A DNA stretch of 64,000 nucleotides from Octopus vulgaris (GCA_951406725.2 OX597830.1:32798001-32862000), one strand, 5' to 3'; numbered from the stretch's first letter, positions 13,459-30,399 are shown. Numbers and translations: made by a program. Notes: a model not told the origin generated them from the letters alone.

Positions 13459-13530
13459 TGTATGTATATATATATATGCATATATATATATATGTATGTA
13501 TATATATATATATACCTATATATATATATA
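12940..13530. repeat. Compound (TA)n/(GATA)n/(TG)n microsatellite
   Basis: Seen directly. Confidence 0.95.
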
Positions 13531-14009
13531 AACACATTACGTTTTTTTTTCATTGCTGACGGCATTGTTGAGCCGTGTGTGTCCTTGTTACTTGTGGAAG
13601 GGAAGGAGTAACTTTGATGTACTTCTTGCTGTCATTCATTGTTGCTGTTGTTGCTGTTGTTGTCATTAATATTATGTTTTCTTTCACAAATCCCACAATG
13701 CGTATAGTTCTTGATATTGTTATTCTAGTCAGCTAAGTTCAAATGACATTTACATTTATAAATCAAAGGTGACTGAGGAAAGCGGTAGAAACTGAAGACG
13801 AAGTAGGAGGAGGGAATGAGAGGCGAAACTGTGTTGAGAGAAAAAGAGAAATGGAAAGAGAGAGAGAGAGAGGGTGTATAGAGAGAGATACTGCAATGTG
13901 TAGACAGATGAGAAGATAGATGCTGTGTCTGTGTATGTGTGTGTATGAGTATATGTATGTGCGTACCCATTAGTGCATGTATAAGGAGAAAATTGGTAAG
14001 AGTGAACAC

Positions 14010-14164
14010 AGGCATAGGAGTGGCTGTGTGGTAAGTAACTTGCTTATGAACCACATGGTTTTGTGTTCGGTCCCACTGCATAGCACCTTGGGCAAGTGTC
14101 TTCTACTAAAGCCTTGTAAGTGGATTTGGTAGACAGAAGCTGAAAGAAGCCCGTTGTATATACG

Positions 14165-14231
<67 letters not shown>

Positions 14232-14472
14232 ATGTGTGTATGTGTGTGTGTGTGTATAAGTTTCTGTGTCTGTGTTTGTTCCCCCACACATTGCTTGGCA
14301 ACCAATGCTGGTGTGTTTACTTCCCTGTAACTTAGTGGTTTGGCTAAAGAGACTGATAAAATAAGTACTAGGCTTACAAAGAATAAGTCCTGGGGTCGAT
14401 TTGCTTGACTAAAGGCATTGCTCCTGCATGGCCACAGTCAAATGACTGAAACAAGTAAAAGAGTAAAAGAGT
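14010..14472 (+). mobile_element. SINE family A, full length
   Basis: Head through the (GTAAAAGA)n tail. A diverged minus-strand partial copy follows at ~14490-14654. Confidence 0.9.
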
Positions 14473-14779
14473 GTGTATGTATGTATATTTGGCAGGCTTC
14501 TTTCAGTTTTTGTCTACCAAATCCATTCAGAAACCATCGGTTGTCCTGGAGCTATTGAAGCAGACACCTGCTCTAAGTGACACACAGAGGTACTGGACCC
14601 AAAACAATGTGGCTGAAATGCAAATTTCTTTACCACACAACCACATCTGCATCTTATCCCAGTTCACATTGTTCCATCCACCCCTTCTCTCTCTCCCCCC
14701 TCTCTCTCTTTTATGCTATGATTTCTATTCTTGCTGTTTCTATCTCTTTTATTTATATCTTTTTCTTTCACATCATGTA

Positions 14780-15186
14780 TACTCTCTTTACTCTTTTACT
14801 TCTTTCAGTCATTTGACTGTGGCCATGCTGGAGCACCACCTTTAGTCGAGGAAATCGACCCCAGGACTTATTCTTTGTAAGCCTAGTACTTATTCTATTG
14901 CTCTTTTTTTGTCGAACTGCTAAGTTACAGGGACGTAAACACACCAACATCGGTTGTCATGCGATGTTAGGGGGCAAACACAGACACACACACATATACA
15001 CATATATACATATACATATATACGACGGGATTCCTTCAGTTTCCATCTACCAAATCCACTCACAGGGCTTTGGTCAGCCCGAGGCAATAGTAGAAGACAC
15101 TTGCCCAAGGTACCACGCAGTGGGACTGAACCTGGAACCATGTGGTTGGTAAGCAAGCTACTTACCACACAGCCACTCCTGTGCCT
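14780..15186 (-). mobile_element. SINE family A, full length
   Basis: Complete reverse-complement copy with tail. Confidence 0.92.
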
Positions 15187-15203
15187 ATACATACATACAT
15201 ACA

Positions 15204-16020
15204 TATGTGAGGAGGTTTCTAAAAGCAATCAGAAACGTTTTCTGTGGGCAAGCCCATTGTAGTCAGGCTTCAACTGCTAGAAACCACTTGATGCGACCCT
15301 CAGGCATCAGCATGCTTACTGGCATCGTCGAGTGAGGTCATACTGTCACATGGCGTGTCTTTGTTTTGCAGTGCTTCTCCCTCGTTCGTCTATTTTTGTG
15401 TTAGCTAAAGCAGAGGAACAGCGTGCTTCCATGAAATTCTGTTTTCTTCTGGGGAAAACGGTGACTGAAACAATTGTAGTGCTCCAAACAGTTGAGAAGG
15501 ATGCTGTGTCATGAGCAAAACAAATAGGCGCAGGAGTGGCTATGTGGTAAGTAGCTTGCTTACCAACCACATGGTTCTCGGTTCAGTCCCACTGTGTGGC
15601 ACATTGGGCAAGTGTCTTCTACTATAGCATCGGGCCGACCAAAGCCTTGTGAGTGGATTTGGTAGATGGAAACTGAAAGAAGTCCATCATATATATGTAT
15701 ATACCTATATATATATATATATATATGTGTGTATGTGCGTGTGTTTGTGTGTGTCTGTGTTTGACAACCGATGCTGGTGTGTTTATGTCCCTGTAACTTA
15801 GCAGTTCGTTAAAAGATACCGATAGAATAAGTACTAGGCTTACAAAGAATAAGTCTTTGGGGCGATTTGCTCGACTAATGGCGGTGCTCAAGCATGGCCA
15901 CAGTAAAATGACTGAAAGAAGTAAAAGAGTAAAAGAGTAAAAGAGAGTGGTTTTCATGCTTCGAGAATGATCACTTGTTGCTTGAAGACCAACCTCATTC
16001 AGGGCATCCATTGACCTCTT
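15204..16020 (+). mobile_element. Tc1/mariner transposon 5' fragment, split by a SINE A copy
   Basis: EEQRASMKFCFLLGKTVTETIVVLQTVEKDAV(M)SKT (15413-15525) resumes after the SINE as EWFSCFENDHLLLEDQPHSGHPLTS (~15945-16020). Together these form the mariner N-terminal HTH and the ED.PRSGRP motif. Confidence 0.85.
15526..15944 (+). mobile_element. SINE family A, full length, nested in the mariner
   Basis: Complete copy with (GTAAAAGA)n tail. Confidence 0.92.
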
Positions 16021-16189
16021 ATCACTCGTCCAATCCATGTCCATATGGAACATCATCACCCTCATCATCATCATCATCGTCGTCGTCATCGTCATCATCA
16101 TTATCATCATCATCGTCATTATCATCATTGCCATCATCATCATCGTCGTCATCATCATCATCATCATCATCATCATCACTGTCATCATC

Positions 16190-16365
16190 ATTATTGTTTA
16201 ACATCTGCTTTTCATGCTGGCATGGGTTGGACGGTTTAACAAGAGCTAGCCAAGTAGAAGACTACCAGGCAACCGTGTCTGTTTCAGTATGGTTTTTTTG
16301 TAGCTGGATGCCCTTCCTAAAACCAACCACCCTGCAGAGTAGGCTGAGTGCTTTTTACATGACAT
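16190..16365 (-). mobile_element. SINE family C 3' part with a (GAT)n tail
   Basis: The minus strand has AGGAAGGGCATCCAGC...CCCATGCCAGCATGAAAAGCAGATGTTAAAC followed by a GAT tract. The same 3' end recurs at about ten loci. Confidence 0.8.
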
Positions 16366-17124
16366 GAACATTAACGAACAATGATGACAATGATGTTGAT
16401 GAAGCAGCCACAGCCACCACCACCGCTGCCACTGCTGCCACTGCTGCTGCCACCAATGACAAAGACACCGATGATGGCAATGACAACTTTGATAAAGTTG
16501 ATAATAATGATGATAATGATGGTACATGTGTGCCTGTGAAGTGGTTACTTACTGTCAAATACCATTTACCCGTATCTACTATCCACCTCTAGTGTTACCC
16601 ATAACTCAGTTCTACATTTTACCACAGCTCCTCCATTTTTCCCATCATATTATTTTCATCCACCCATCCAGGCTCATCTATCATCAATTTCTCTTCTATT
16701 AATCTCCTCTGCCGTGTTGCCTTCGGCAAACACATGCGTTACACTTTTATAGCCATATTTCTGTCAAAATACACAAATTTTGTTTCAATTAATTTAGAAA
16801 AATAACAAAGTGTTTAGCAAGATATTTTTTACCATTATCAGAGGTTGACTTTGTCTTTCATCTTTTCAGAGTTGATAAAAAAAGTACCAGTTGGGTACAG
16901 GGGTCAATGTTATGAACTACCTTACTACCCCAAACTTTCAGGCCTCATACCTATAGTAGAAAGCATTATTCACTAGTATTTCATCGATCGTGGTTAGAGC
17001 AGCAGACTTGTGGTCAAAGGATCGTGGGTTTGAATCTCAGACTGGACGATGTGTGTATTTATAAGCAAAACACCTAAGCTCCATGCAGCTCTGGCAGAAG
17101 GCAATGGCGAACTTCTGCTGAATC

Positions 17125-17576
17125 TTTTTTACATTATTTACATTTGACGGATATATGTCCTCATCTTGTTTGTTGTTAACACAATGTTTCAGCTGATATA
17201 CCCTCCAACCTTCATCAGGTGTCTTGGGGAAATTTCGAACCTGGGTTCTCATTCCTAAGATATTTTTCGCTATTATTATTATTATCGTTATTATTTAGTT
17301 GATGATTTTTCCAACAGTTGTAATGGATCCTCTCACAGATGAGAGCATGTCCTGCCCGTTCCGCTACTCTTCTAGCTTTATATGAATCCACTGGTGTCAT
17401 TATATTCAAGCCAGGTGGTATTAGCTTTGAGTCTCTACATCTACACAGGAAAGTTAGATAAGGGCTGGAGGGTATATCAGCCAAAACGTTGTGTTAACAA
17501 CAAACAAGATGAGGATAAATATCCATCAAATGTGAATAATGTACATAATTCCTCATCTCTAAAATATAGAACTGCA
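17125..17576 (-). mobile_element. Penelope-like non-autonomous insertion with an inverted pseudo-LTR
   Basis: The minus ORF piece LTFLCRCRDSKLIPPGLNI...ALICERI resembles Penelope N-termini. The pLTR at 17130-17270 (-) is mirrored at 17462-17545 (+). The flanking duplication is TTCTGCTGAATC (17113-17124) / TTCTGCTGACTC (17577-17588). Confidence 0.8.
17178..17223 (-). ncRNA. Minimal type I hammerhead ribozyme motif
   Basis: GACAC-CTGATGA-A-GGTTG-GAGGGTATAT-CAGCT-GAAA-CA-TT-GTGTT contains stem I, the intact CUGAUGA core, stem II and GAAA. The sister copy keeps the palindromic AACGTT stem III. Confidence 0.75.
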
Positions 17577-17747
17577 TTCTGCTGACTCAACTTTACCACA
17601 ACTTTCTCTCACTCTTTCCTCCTGTATCTTGCAGCTCATCTGTGACAGACCGGCGTCCCATCCAGGTGGGGAAGCTGTACGCCAATGAAACCGGAAACTG
17701 GCTCTTATGAGCCTGGCATGGCTTGAGAAGGAACAAACAACAGCAAC

Positions 17748-18063
17748 TCCATCGATTAAGGGGACAGGGGTTCCAATCCATCTGATCAATGGAATGGCTT
17801 ACTTATGAAATTAATGTACAAGTGGCTGAGTACTCCACAGATACACCTACCCCATCACATATTTCTTAGGAAGATACAATGTGACACAGAGTGCGGCAAG
17901 GCTGATCATTTGGGATACAGATACCACTCATTCTTGCCAGCTGAGAGAACTGAAACAACAAGAAATAAAGTGTCTTGCTCAAGGACACAACATACCATTG
18001 GGAATCAAACTGATGATGTTACAGTTGTGAACCGAATCTTCTTACCACTTAGCTACACTGCCT
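17748..18063 (-). mobile_element. SINE with a family E-type head and a family D tail, diverged
   Basis: Head motif GTTGTGTCCTTGAGCAAGACACTTTATTTC plus tail motif GTGGAGTACTCAGCCACTTGTACATTAATTTCA. Confidence 0.75.
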
Positions 18064-18889
18064 TTATACAGAAAGAAATTATAAATCTGGTGTTCAGAAC
18101 ATAAATTAACAGACGGCTTTTGGAGAAAGTTTACATTTAGTTATGTTTATATATTTGCTTTTCAAAATTTTTAATGTGAGGAAGAGACACATGGGGTGGA
18201 GAGTTGCTGAAGAGGTCACAGGACATGTGATGAAAGATTTCCAGACAATGGATAAAAAAATAACAATATTAGACCAGTGAAGAATAAATACAAAGTGTGT
18301 GTGTGTGTGTGTGTGTATTTATTTAGGAAACAAAAAATAAAAAAATCACCATCCTGAAATATAACAATATTTTCATTTAGTTTACTTCAAAACAAAGTTT
18401 GTATCATACAATCAGGAGTGGAGGACTCTCAGGCAGGCTGGTATCAAAAGGGTTAAAGTAGTGAATATTCTTTATGGTTTCAAAATACAAGGCAACTCCG
18501 CTGGTGCTGGTGTCACAATAGACTGTATGTAATTTACTTTAATAAGGGGTTGGAGAATAAGCAGAGAAAGTGCAGGGTCATGAAAACCTTTTTATGTTTC
18601 TCTTGCTAGTTATATGACAAATTCTCTTTCACTGATGCAACATTAAAATATACCCTATACACTATTTAAAGGGTTCAATGATAGGAATGTCATTCAATTA
18701 TAGAACTAAGCAAAAAAAAAAAAAAAGGAAGCATATGAGCAATGCATAGTACTCCAGCGTATCCATGAAAGCATTAACGCCAAATAAGTATTGACTGGAA
18801 ATAAGATGGAATCCAACATGGAAGATGCCCATAAAATGACGATAACGATGATAGGGATAATGGCAATGAGGATGATAACAATGATAAAT

Positions 18890-19268
18890 AATGAGGCTAA
18901 AGATGATGATGATGATGATGATGACGATGATAAAGAGGATGATGATGATGATGATGACGACGACGATGACAATGATGATGATGATGATGATGATTATGGT
19001 AATGAGGATGATGACGACGATGATGTTGATGATGATGATAATGATGATGACGATAATGATGATAACAGTGTTGATGATTATGATGATGATGATGATGAAG
19101 ACGACGATGATGACGACGACGATGATGATGCCGACGATGATGACAATGATGATGGTGATGGCGGTGATGATGATAATGATGATGATTATGGTAATGATGA
19201 TGACGATGGTGATGATGATTATGAAGACAACAACAATGATGAGGACAATGATGATGATATTGATGACA

Positions 19269-19299
<31 letters not shown>

Positions 19300-19375
19300 T
19301 GATGATGATGATGATGATGATGACGATGACGATGAAGATAAAGACGACATGGATGATTATGATGGCAACAATGAC
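18890..19375. repeat. (GAT/GAC)n trinucleotide tract
   Basis: Seen directly. It is the source of the spurious poly-D/M/H/I ORFs. Confidence 0.95.
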
Positions 19376-19922
19376 GTACACTCAAATTTGTACCACCGTA
19401 AGCCAAATTTTCCACCCATGTTAATATCATGGTTATTATATGAAATGAAAAAAAGACAAAGAAAAAAGAGTGTACATGAAAGAGAGAGAGGGAGGAAAGA
19501 GAGAGAGACAGGCAGAGAAGAAGATGACAGAGAGAAATAAAAGTGATTTTTATTTAAAAAACAACATAAAAATTTTGTAGCAGCTTTTTCTTATACAAAT
19601 GTTTCATTAAAAAAAATGATAAAAACACATGATTGAACTTCTTATTAATAGGGCAGATATTCTAATTCTGGAATTCTCTTTTGCAATCTCTCATTCACTC
19701 TTATTCTCTCTCTTTCACTCTCCTTCTCTATACCCCCACCCATATCATTCACTGTTTTAAAGAAGGTTTTTGGCATTTTTTTTCTGTTGCTATGCTACTT
19801 GATAAAAAAAATGAACAAAAAAAAAGCAGACAAAAAGAAAACAAATGAGATTTAAAATCCAATATATACATTTTTCAGTTTTTTGCAATGTTTCTAAAGC
19901 CTTGAGCCTATTTGAGGGTGAC

Positions 19923-19978
<56 letters not shown>

Positions 19979-20170
19979 GTTATTATCATCATCGTCATCG
20001 TCTTCATTATTATTTGTATTCAGCATAACAAACAAATATAATATTAACATGATCGCAGCAGAATCATGTTCTATAGACCTAGTTTGAATTGTATCTAAAT
20101 GGTCCTCGAAACACAAAGACGATTATTGGTTTTATATATGTATATATATGCATGTGTGTGTGTGAGTGTG

Positions 20171-20241
<71 letters not shown>

Positions 20242-20565
20242 GTATATATATATAAATATGTATGTATGTATATGCATATATATATACACACACCGCACAG
20301 AGAATAAATATTTATATATGTTTAAGTATATATACACACATACAAACTTTTAATTTACTAGTAGAAACCAAGAACTATATACATGAGATGGTGTATGGGA
20401 GGTTTGGAAGGTATATAGATTGCGCTGATTAATAACAACTACAGTTGCGTATTTAATGAAACACTCATATACACAAGCACATACAATCTCATACACAGCC
20501 ATACAGTTGTTTTATATATATATGCATACATACACACATGCATACATATACACATGTATATATTT

Positions 20566-20603
<38 letters not shown>

Positions 20604-21189
20604 GTAAATGATTGTAGTTTTATGATATACGTGGTATATATGTCTTGTATGTCATTTTTCTTTTGTGTTTATATACATGTCAGCATAAGTATATGTGCAA
20701 GCAACCATACATCATTCCTCCTTTTACTCCCACATTGACATACAAACACATACACACACAAATATATATACATATATATATATATATACATATATCTATC
20801 TATCTATCTACCAATACATATATATATATATATGCATATGTATATATATATAAAATGTGTGTGGAGGAATGGGTGGTATATATATATATATATATATATA
20901 TGCTGATATACATTCAGCATAAATGATTTGAGGTTTTTATGAAGCAATAGCCCAAGACTTGCGGTTTGTTTTACAACAAAGAACTTTGATGAATCGCATT
21001 GAACAGAGCAAAAATTTCTATGCTAAGAAATGCCCATACCAAATTCTTATTGATATTTACATAACAAGAACTATTGAAGACGCCTAATATTTAAACATAA
21101 AAATGCTGGAAGAAGAAATCACCAAGAATTTATAAAATAAAAAGAGAAAATCAAATAAATGCAATAATAACAATAATGATAATTAAAAT

Positions 21190-21193
21190 AACG

Positions 21194-21263
<70 letters not shown>

Positions 21264-21368
21264 TAATAATAATAATAATAATAATAATCCATGATGATTA
21301 TAATAATAATAATAATGATAACAACAACAACAATAATAATGATGATGTAAAAAATAATAATAATAATG

Positions 21369-21441
<73 letters not shown>

Positions 21442-21560
21442 GTAACAGCAATAACGATGTTGATGAAGATATTGATGATGATAATGATGCCGACGACGAT
21501 GATGATGTGGATGACGATGGTAAAAACGATGACAATAATAATAATAATGATAATGAAATT
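21190..21560. repeat. (AAT)n/(GAT)n tract
   Basis: Seen directly. Confidence 0.95.
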
Positions 21561-22054
21561 TGATAAAAAAAAACATGCAGTAAGCACCATCAGCATCTTC
21601 TTCCTCCTACTCCTCATCATCATTATCCCCATCATCCTCCTCGTCCTCCACCACCTTCTCTTGCTTCCCCCTCCCCCATTATCAGCATCATAGTCGCCGT
21701 CATCATCATCATCATCGTCGTTAATATAATGATGATGAGGATGTTGATAATACCAACAACATCAGAAATAGATTTACTAGTTAAAACGACAACAGCAACA
21801 ACAACAACAACAATATGTAAAATGTTCTTGTTACTGTTCTTGTTTGTTTTCCTTAGTATTTATTCATTTGTCGGTTACACATACAGACATACATTTATGT
21901 GGCTAAATATATGTACACACGTGCACATACACACACACAAACACAGACCCACATATCCACATACACACATACATATCCACACATACACACGCTTTAATAT
22001 TCTCTTTTAGTTGTGTTTTCAAATGATTTCTCAATGACAAATTTTTTTTACTAT

Positions 22055-22550
<496 letters not shown>

Positions 22551-22679
22551 ATCAGTTAAATAACTTTTATTGTTTTTATTTATTTCAACTAATCATCTAT
22601 TGCCGAATAAAAAAAAAACATCCCTACACCTGCACCCCCCTTGTTTAATATCATTTTCATTATTGTTCTTGCATGCATG

Positions 22680-26370
<3,691 letters not shown>

Positions 26371-26985
26371 AATGGATCTTGTCAAATGAAATTTTTTTAT
26401 CACAACATTATATATTTTTTTGCAGAATGATTTTTTTTAATGCTTTATATAATTGCCTTTTTTTTATATTCTCACAGCTTATTTTATTTACTTTTTGTGC
26501 TTCAGGTTTTGAACATTTCTTTTTAAAAATATTTTTGTATGTATTTTTGGCTTTAGCATCTTTTTGTAATCTCAGGGTGAAATTTGACGGAATTGCATCA
26601 AATACTGAAGAGAGTGGCCATTATTATCAATAATTTTTCACTGAAAGACGAGAGATAAGGTTTCGTCTTCAATTTTTATCCATTTTATGTCATGCATTTG
26701 TCTTATTTTTATTTACATTTTATTTTGTGTGTTTCTTTTCCCCTTTCTTAATCTCTTCTTCAATTCCAATTGTATTGTCAAACCTATTTAATCATTTAAC
26801 ATGATGAGTCAATTTGTGTTTTATTTTCCCTTAGCTTACTGATGCACATAAGTAAAAATTCAATCAATTTGGCTCTTGACCTACACACAGAAAGGTTACT
26901 TGTTAAATAATCTAAGGTACATTCTAAGGTACACCCACACACCCACACACTCTTCACATATAATTGTGGTTGGGTGGATCTTTTA

Positions 26986-27029
<44 letters not shown>

Positions 27030-27084
27030 CTATCCATTTATCCATCTACCAATCTATCAATCAACCAATCAGTCAATCAATCAT

Positions 27085-27129
<45 letters not shown>

Positions 27130-27230
27130 ACATACATACATACATATAAACATGCATACACACACACACACTCATAGATAGATATATACATATATACACA
27201 CATATGTAACTATCTATCTATAAATATGTA

Positions 27231-27292
<62 letters not shown>

Positions 27293-27989
27293 AATATACA
27301 TATATTATAAGTATGATGCTTATACTTATAGATATATAACTTTTATATATGCATTTATGTACATGCATACACAAGAGTGAGAGAGAGGGAGAGAAGTGTG
27401 GCCTTGTTAAAATGGACATTGTTGAGCCAGATATCAGGTAAACAGGATGAAATCTGAGTAAAGAGTGCAATGTAGCTGTTAGTAATGATTTCTACAGCCA
27501 GCTTTGAGTGTGAACATTGTGCCGAGCTGATGTTGCATTTATTATGCAACTTTCAGCCCATATTTTCCATCCTAGTTATAAATGAGAATATTAATTTATG
27601 GAAGAAACATGTGACTCTATCTGTGGACCAGAAACAGGAATTTAATAGGAATTTAGATGCTGGTGGCTTAGCAGTGTGAGCTGGTGGAGAGCGTGGGACT
27701 TGAAAGCAAACATATTGAGATGCATGGAAAACTAAGGACTGACTTAAGGCATTTTCTTTGGAATATGATGCAGGTTAAAAAGCTCACTGTTCAACCACAC
27801 GGTTTCAGATTCATCTCCATTGGTCAGCGCTTCTGGGCAAGAGTCTTCTACCATAGTTCTGGGCCAACTAATGTCTTTGTTGTGAGTGAATTTGGTAGAT
27901 GGAAACTGTATGGAAGCTCCTATTTGTATATGTGCATGTATGTGTATGTGTGTGTGTGAGTATAAATATGTATACATACATATGACGTA

Positions 27990-28040
<51 letters not shown>

Positions 28041-28046
28041 TATACA

Positions 28047-28389
28047 GGGGTAAAGACCCCCTTCGGTCATGAATGACCATGGGATTGCACCTAGAAAGTT
28101 ACCCTCCTAGTCACAAGTCTGGGCAAGGTGGTTTATGGAAGACCAGCAGTCACCCATGCATACCAGCCTCCCCTCTCCACGCCACCAGTGTTATCCAAGG
28201 GAAAGACAAAGGTCGATACAGCTTGGCACCAGTGACGTCGCAACTCATTTCCACAGCTGAGTGAACTGGAGCAACGTGAAATAAAGTGCCTTGCTCAAGA
28301 ACACAACACGCAGCCCGGTCCGGGATTCGAGCTCACAACCTCACGATCGTAAGCTCGACGCTCTAACCACCGAGCCATGCGCCTTCAAC
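28047..28389 (-). mobile_element. SINE family E (tRNA-derived), full length and CpG-rich
   Basis: The minus strand reads GTTGAAGGCGCATGGCTCGGTGGTTAGAGCG...GAGCTCGAATCCCGG...GTGTTCTTGAGCAAGGCACTTT. The 3' hairpin is GGTCATTCATGACC. Confidence 0.88.
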
Positions 28390-28391
28390 AT

Positions 28392-28412
28392 AAAAAATAT
28401 GGAACGCTTCAC

Positions 28413-28416
<4 letters not shown>
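28392..28416 (-). pseudogene. U6: U6 snRNA 3'-terminal fragment (25 nt)
   Basis: The minus strand reads ATTCGTGAAGCGTTCCATATTTTTT, identical to the conserved metazoan U6 3' end (...AUUCGUGAAGCGUUCCAUAUUUUU). Confidence 0.85.
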
Positions 28417-28457
<41 letters not shown>

Positions 28458-28578
28458 TGTATCTGTGTGTGCCTCTGTTGTTTTCCCAACCCCACTTGCT
28501 TGACAATGATGTTGCTTTCTTTAGATCACCATAGATTAACTGTTTGACAAAAGAGATGACTAGAATAAGTACCAGATC

Positions 28579-28609
<31 letters not shown>

Positions 28610-28938
28610 AAACACTGGGGTCAATTTCTTCAAGTAGACCATTCAAAGGTGTGCTCCATCATGGCCATACTCCAATGCCTGAAACGAGTGAAAGATAAAA
28701 TGTCCTCCGTTGGTGTAAGTAAAGGTATAAATGTATGAGGTGCAAGGGATACGAAATTTGGGGGGGAGAAAGTGAGGAAGCGGGTGGTTTACCGGTCAAC
28801 AAGTCTGGGATAATAACATGCAGGCTGCAGACTTTGAAAACGTTGCTGCCATGATGGTTAGACATGTGAGGAATGAGCTGTTGGATGCTGATTACAGCAG
28901 AGAGGTTACGGCTATTTAGAAATTGCTACAGAATGGGT

Positions 28939-29327
28939 GGTTATGGATGGAAGCACTCCATCAGTTACGATGACGAGGGTTCCGGTTGATCCAAATCAAC
29001 GGAATAGCCTGCTCGTGAAATTAACGTGTAAGTGGCTGAGCACTCCACAGACACGTGTACCCTTAACGTAGTTCTCGGGGATATTCAGTGTGACACAGAG
29101 AGTGACAAGGCCGGCCCTTTGAAATACAGATACAACAGAAACAGGAAGTAAAAGTGAGAGAAAGTTGTGAAAGAGTACAGCAGGGATCACCACCATCCCC
29201 TGCCAGAGCCTCGTGGAGCTTTAGGTGTTTTCGTTCAATAAACACTCACACCGCCCAATCTGGGAATTGAAACCGCGATCCTATGACCGCGAGTCCACTG
29301 CCCTAACCACTGGGCCATTGCACCTCC
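28939..29327 (-). mobile_element. SINE family D (tRNA-derived), full length with TSD
   Basis: The head is GGAGGTGCAATGGCCCAGTGGTTAGGGC...GGTTTCAATTCCC. An 11-bp target-site duplication ACAGAATGGGT lies at 28928-28938 and 29328-29338. Confidence 0.92.
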
Positions 29328-29629
29328 ACAGAATGGGTAATAGTATTACCAGTGGTGAAGTATGATGTGGGCCAATTGAAGATACCAAGCTGTTCAGGAA
29401 GAGGTTAAATAACTTGATTAAGAGCGAAGAGCTTGTAATTTCTCAAGTGTATCACGAGAATGAGACTAAGTTGTACTCGGGGTCACTAACCATGGAAAAA
29501 AAAATATCATCTTTTAAGAATAAAACTTCACCACCAAACCATAAATTTAATGTCAGTGGTTTCCATGCCTACTCTCTCTTTCCTATGATCAGGAATGTTG
29601 GGCAAGGACAGAAAGGCTTAACTGGCATT

Positions 29630-29840
29630 CCATTGGTTATGAAGATGAGAATTCCAATTAATCCAATCAGTGGAACAGCCTGCTCATGAAATTAACATGC
29701 AAGTGGCTGAGCACTCTGCAGACATGCGTACTCTTAACATAGTTCTCTGGGAAATTCAGCATGACAAAAAGTGTGGCAAACCTGGCCCTTTTAAATTACA
29801 GGTACCGCCTATTTTTGTCAGCATATTTATCAGCTGACAA
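29630..29840 (-). mobile_element. SINE family D tail fragment
   Basis: It matches the 28960-29130 segment (GAAATTAACATGCAAGTGGCTGAGCACTC). Another fragment lies at ~53250-53370. Confidence 0.75.
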
Positions 29841-29877
29841 ATGTATGTGTGTGTGTGTATGTATGTATGCATGTATG

Positions 29878-29911
<34 letters not shown>

Positions 29912-30390
29912 TGTATGTATGTATGTATGTATGCATGTATGTATGTACCTATGCATGTATGTATGTATGTATGTATGTATGTATGCATGTATGTATGTAT
30001 GTATGTATGTATGTCACCATTCAGTTTATTTCAAGATATCTTGCCAATATAGAAAGAACTGATATCTTAGATCCAAGGTTCCCTTATTGGAATTTCAGCA
30101 TCAACAATAGGGTATTTTTGTTTGTGTGTATGTATGTATGCATGTATGTATATATGCATGTATGTATGTATGTATGTATGATGTATGTATGTATGTATGT
30201 ATGCATGCATGCATGTATCTATGTATGTATGGTTGCATGTATGTATGTATGAGTGTATATATGTATGTGTTTGTATGTATGAGTGTATATATGCATGTGT
30301 GAGCATGTATGTATGTCTGTGTATATGTGTGTATGTGTGTGTGTGTGGGCATGTATGTATGTGTCTATGTGTGTGTGTTTGTGTGTTTGT
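29840..30390. repeat. (ATGT)n/(GT)n tract
   Basis: Seen directly. Confidence 0.9.
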
Positions 30391-30399
30391 GTATACCCT

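Larger units (their letters stand above)
16990..17747 (+). mobile_element. tRNA-derived SINE (family D head, different tail) interrupted by a Penelope-like insertion
   Basis: The head GTGGTTAGAGCAGCAGAC...AAAACACCTAAGCTCC matches the copy at 28939-29327. The body resumes at 17577. Confidence 0.8.
27765..28700 (+). mobile_element. Diverged SINE family A interrupted in its internal (TA)n by a U6-SINE E insertion
   Basis: The 5' half is ~27765-27960 and the 3' half ~28450-28700, ending CCTGAAACGAGTGAAAGATAAAA. Confidence 0.75.

Noticed and set aside
18791-19540. 249-aa Asp-rich ORF resembling acidic biomineralisation proteins (similarly 56177-56839)
   Set aside because: It is a (GAT)n tract open in most frames with no signal peptide, and the same tract type recurs throughout the window.
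20932-21087. Protein-like open frame GFYEAIAQDLRFVLQQRTLMNRIEQSKNF...
   Set aside because: It has no convincing acceptor site or start and no recognisable homology.
29255-29327. tRNA gene candidates at SINE heads (also 28315-28389, 37635-37705)
   Set aside because: A/B boxes are present, but there is no complete acceptor stem or terminator and each continues into a SINE body.
28700-29630. Possible degraded RT coding sequence flanking the SINE D copy
   Set aside because: Only vague similarity by eye, with no intact motif to support a call.
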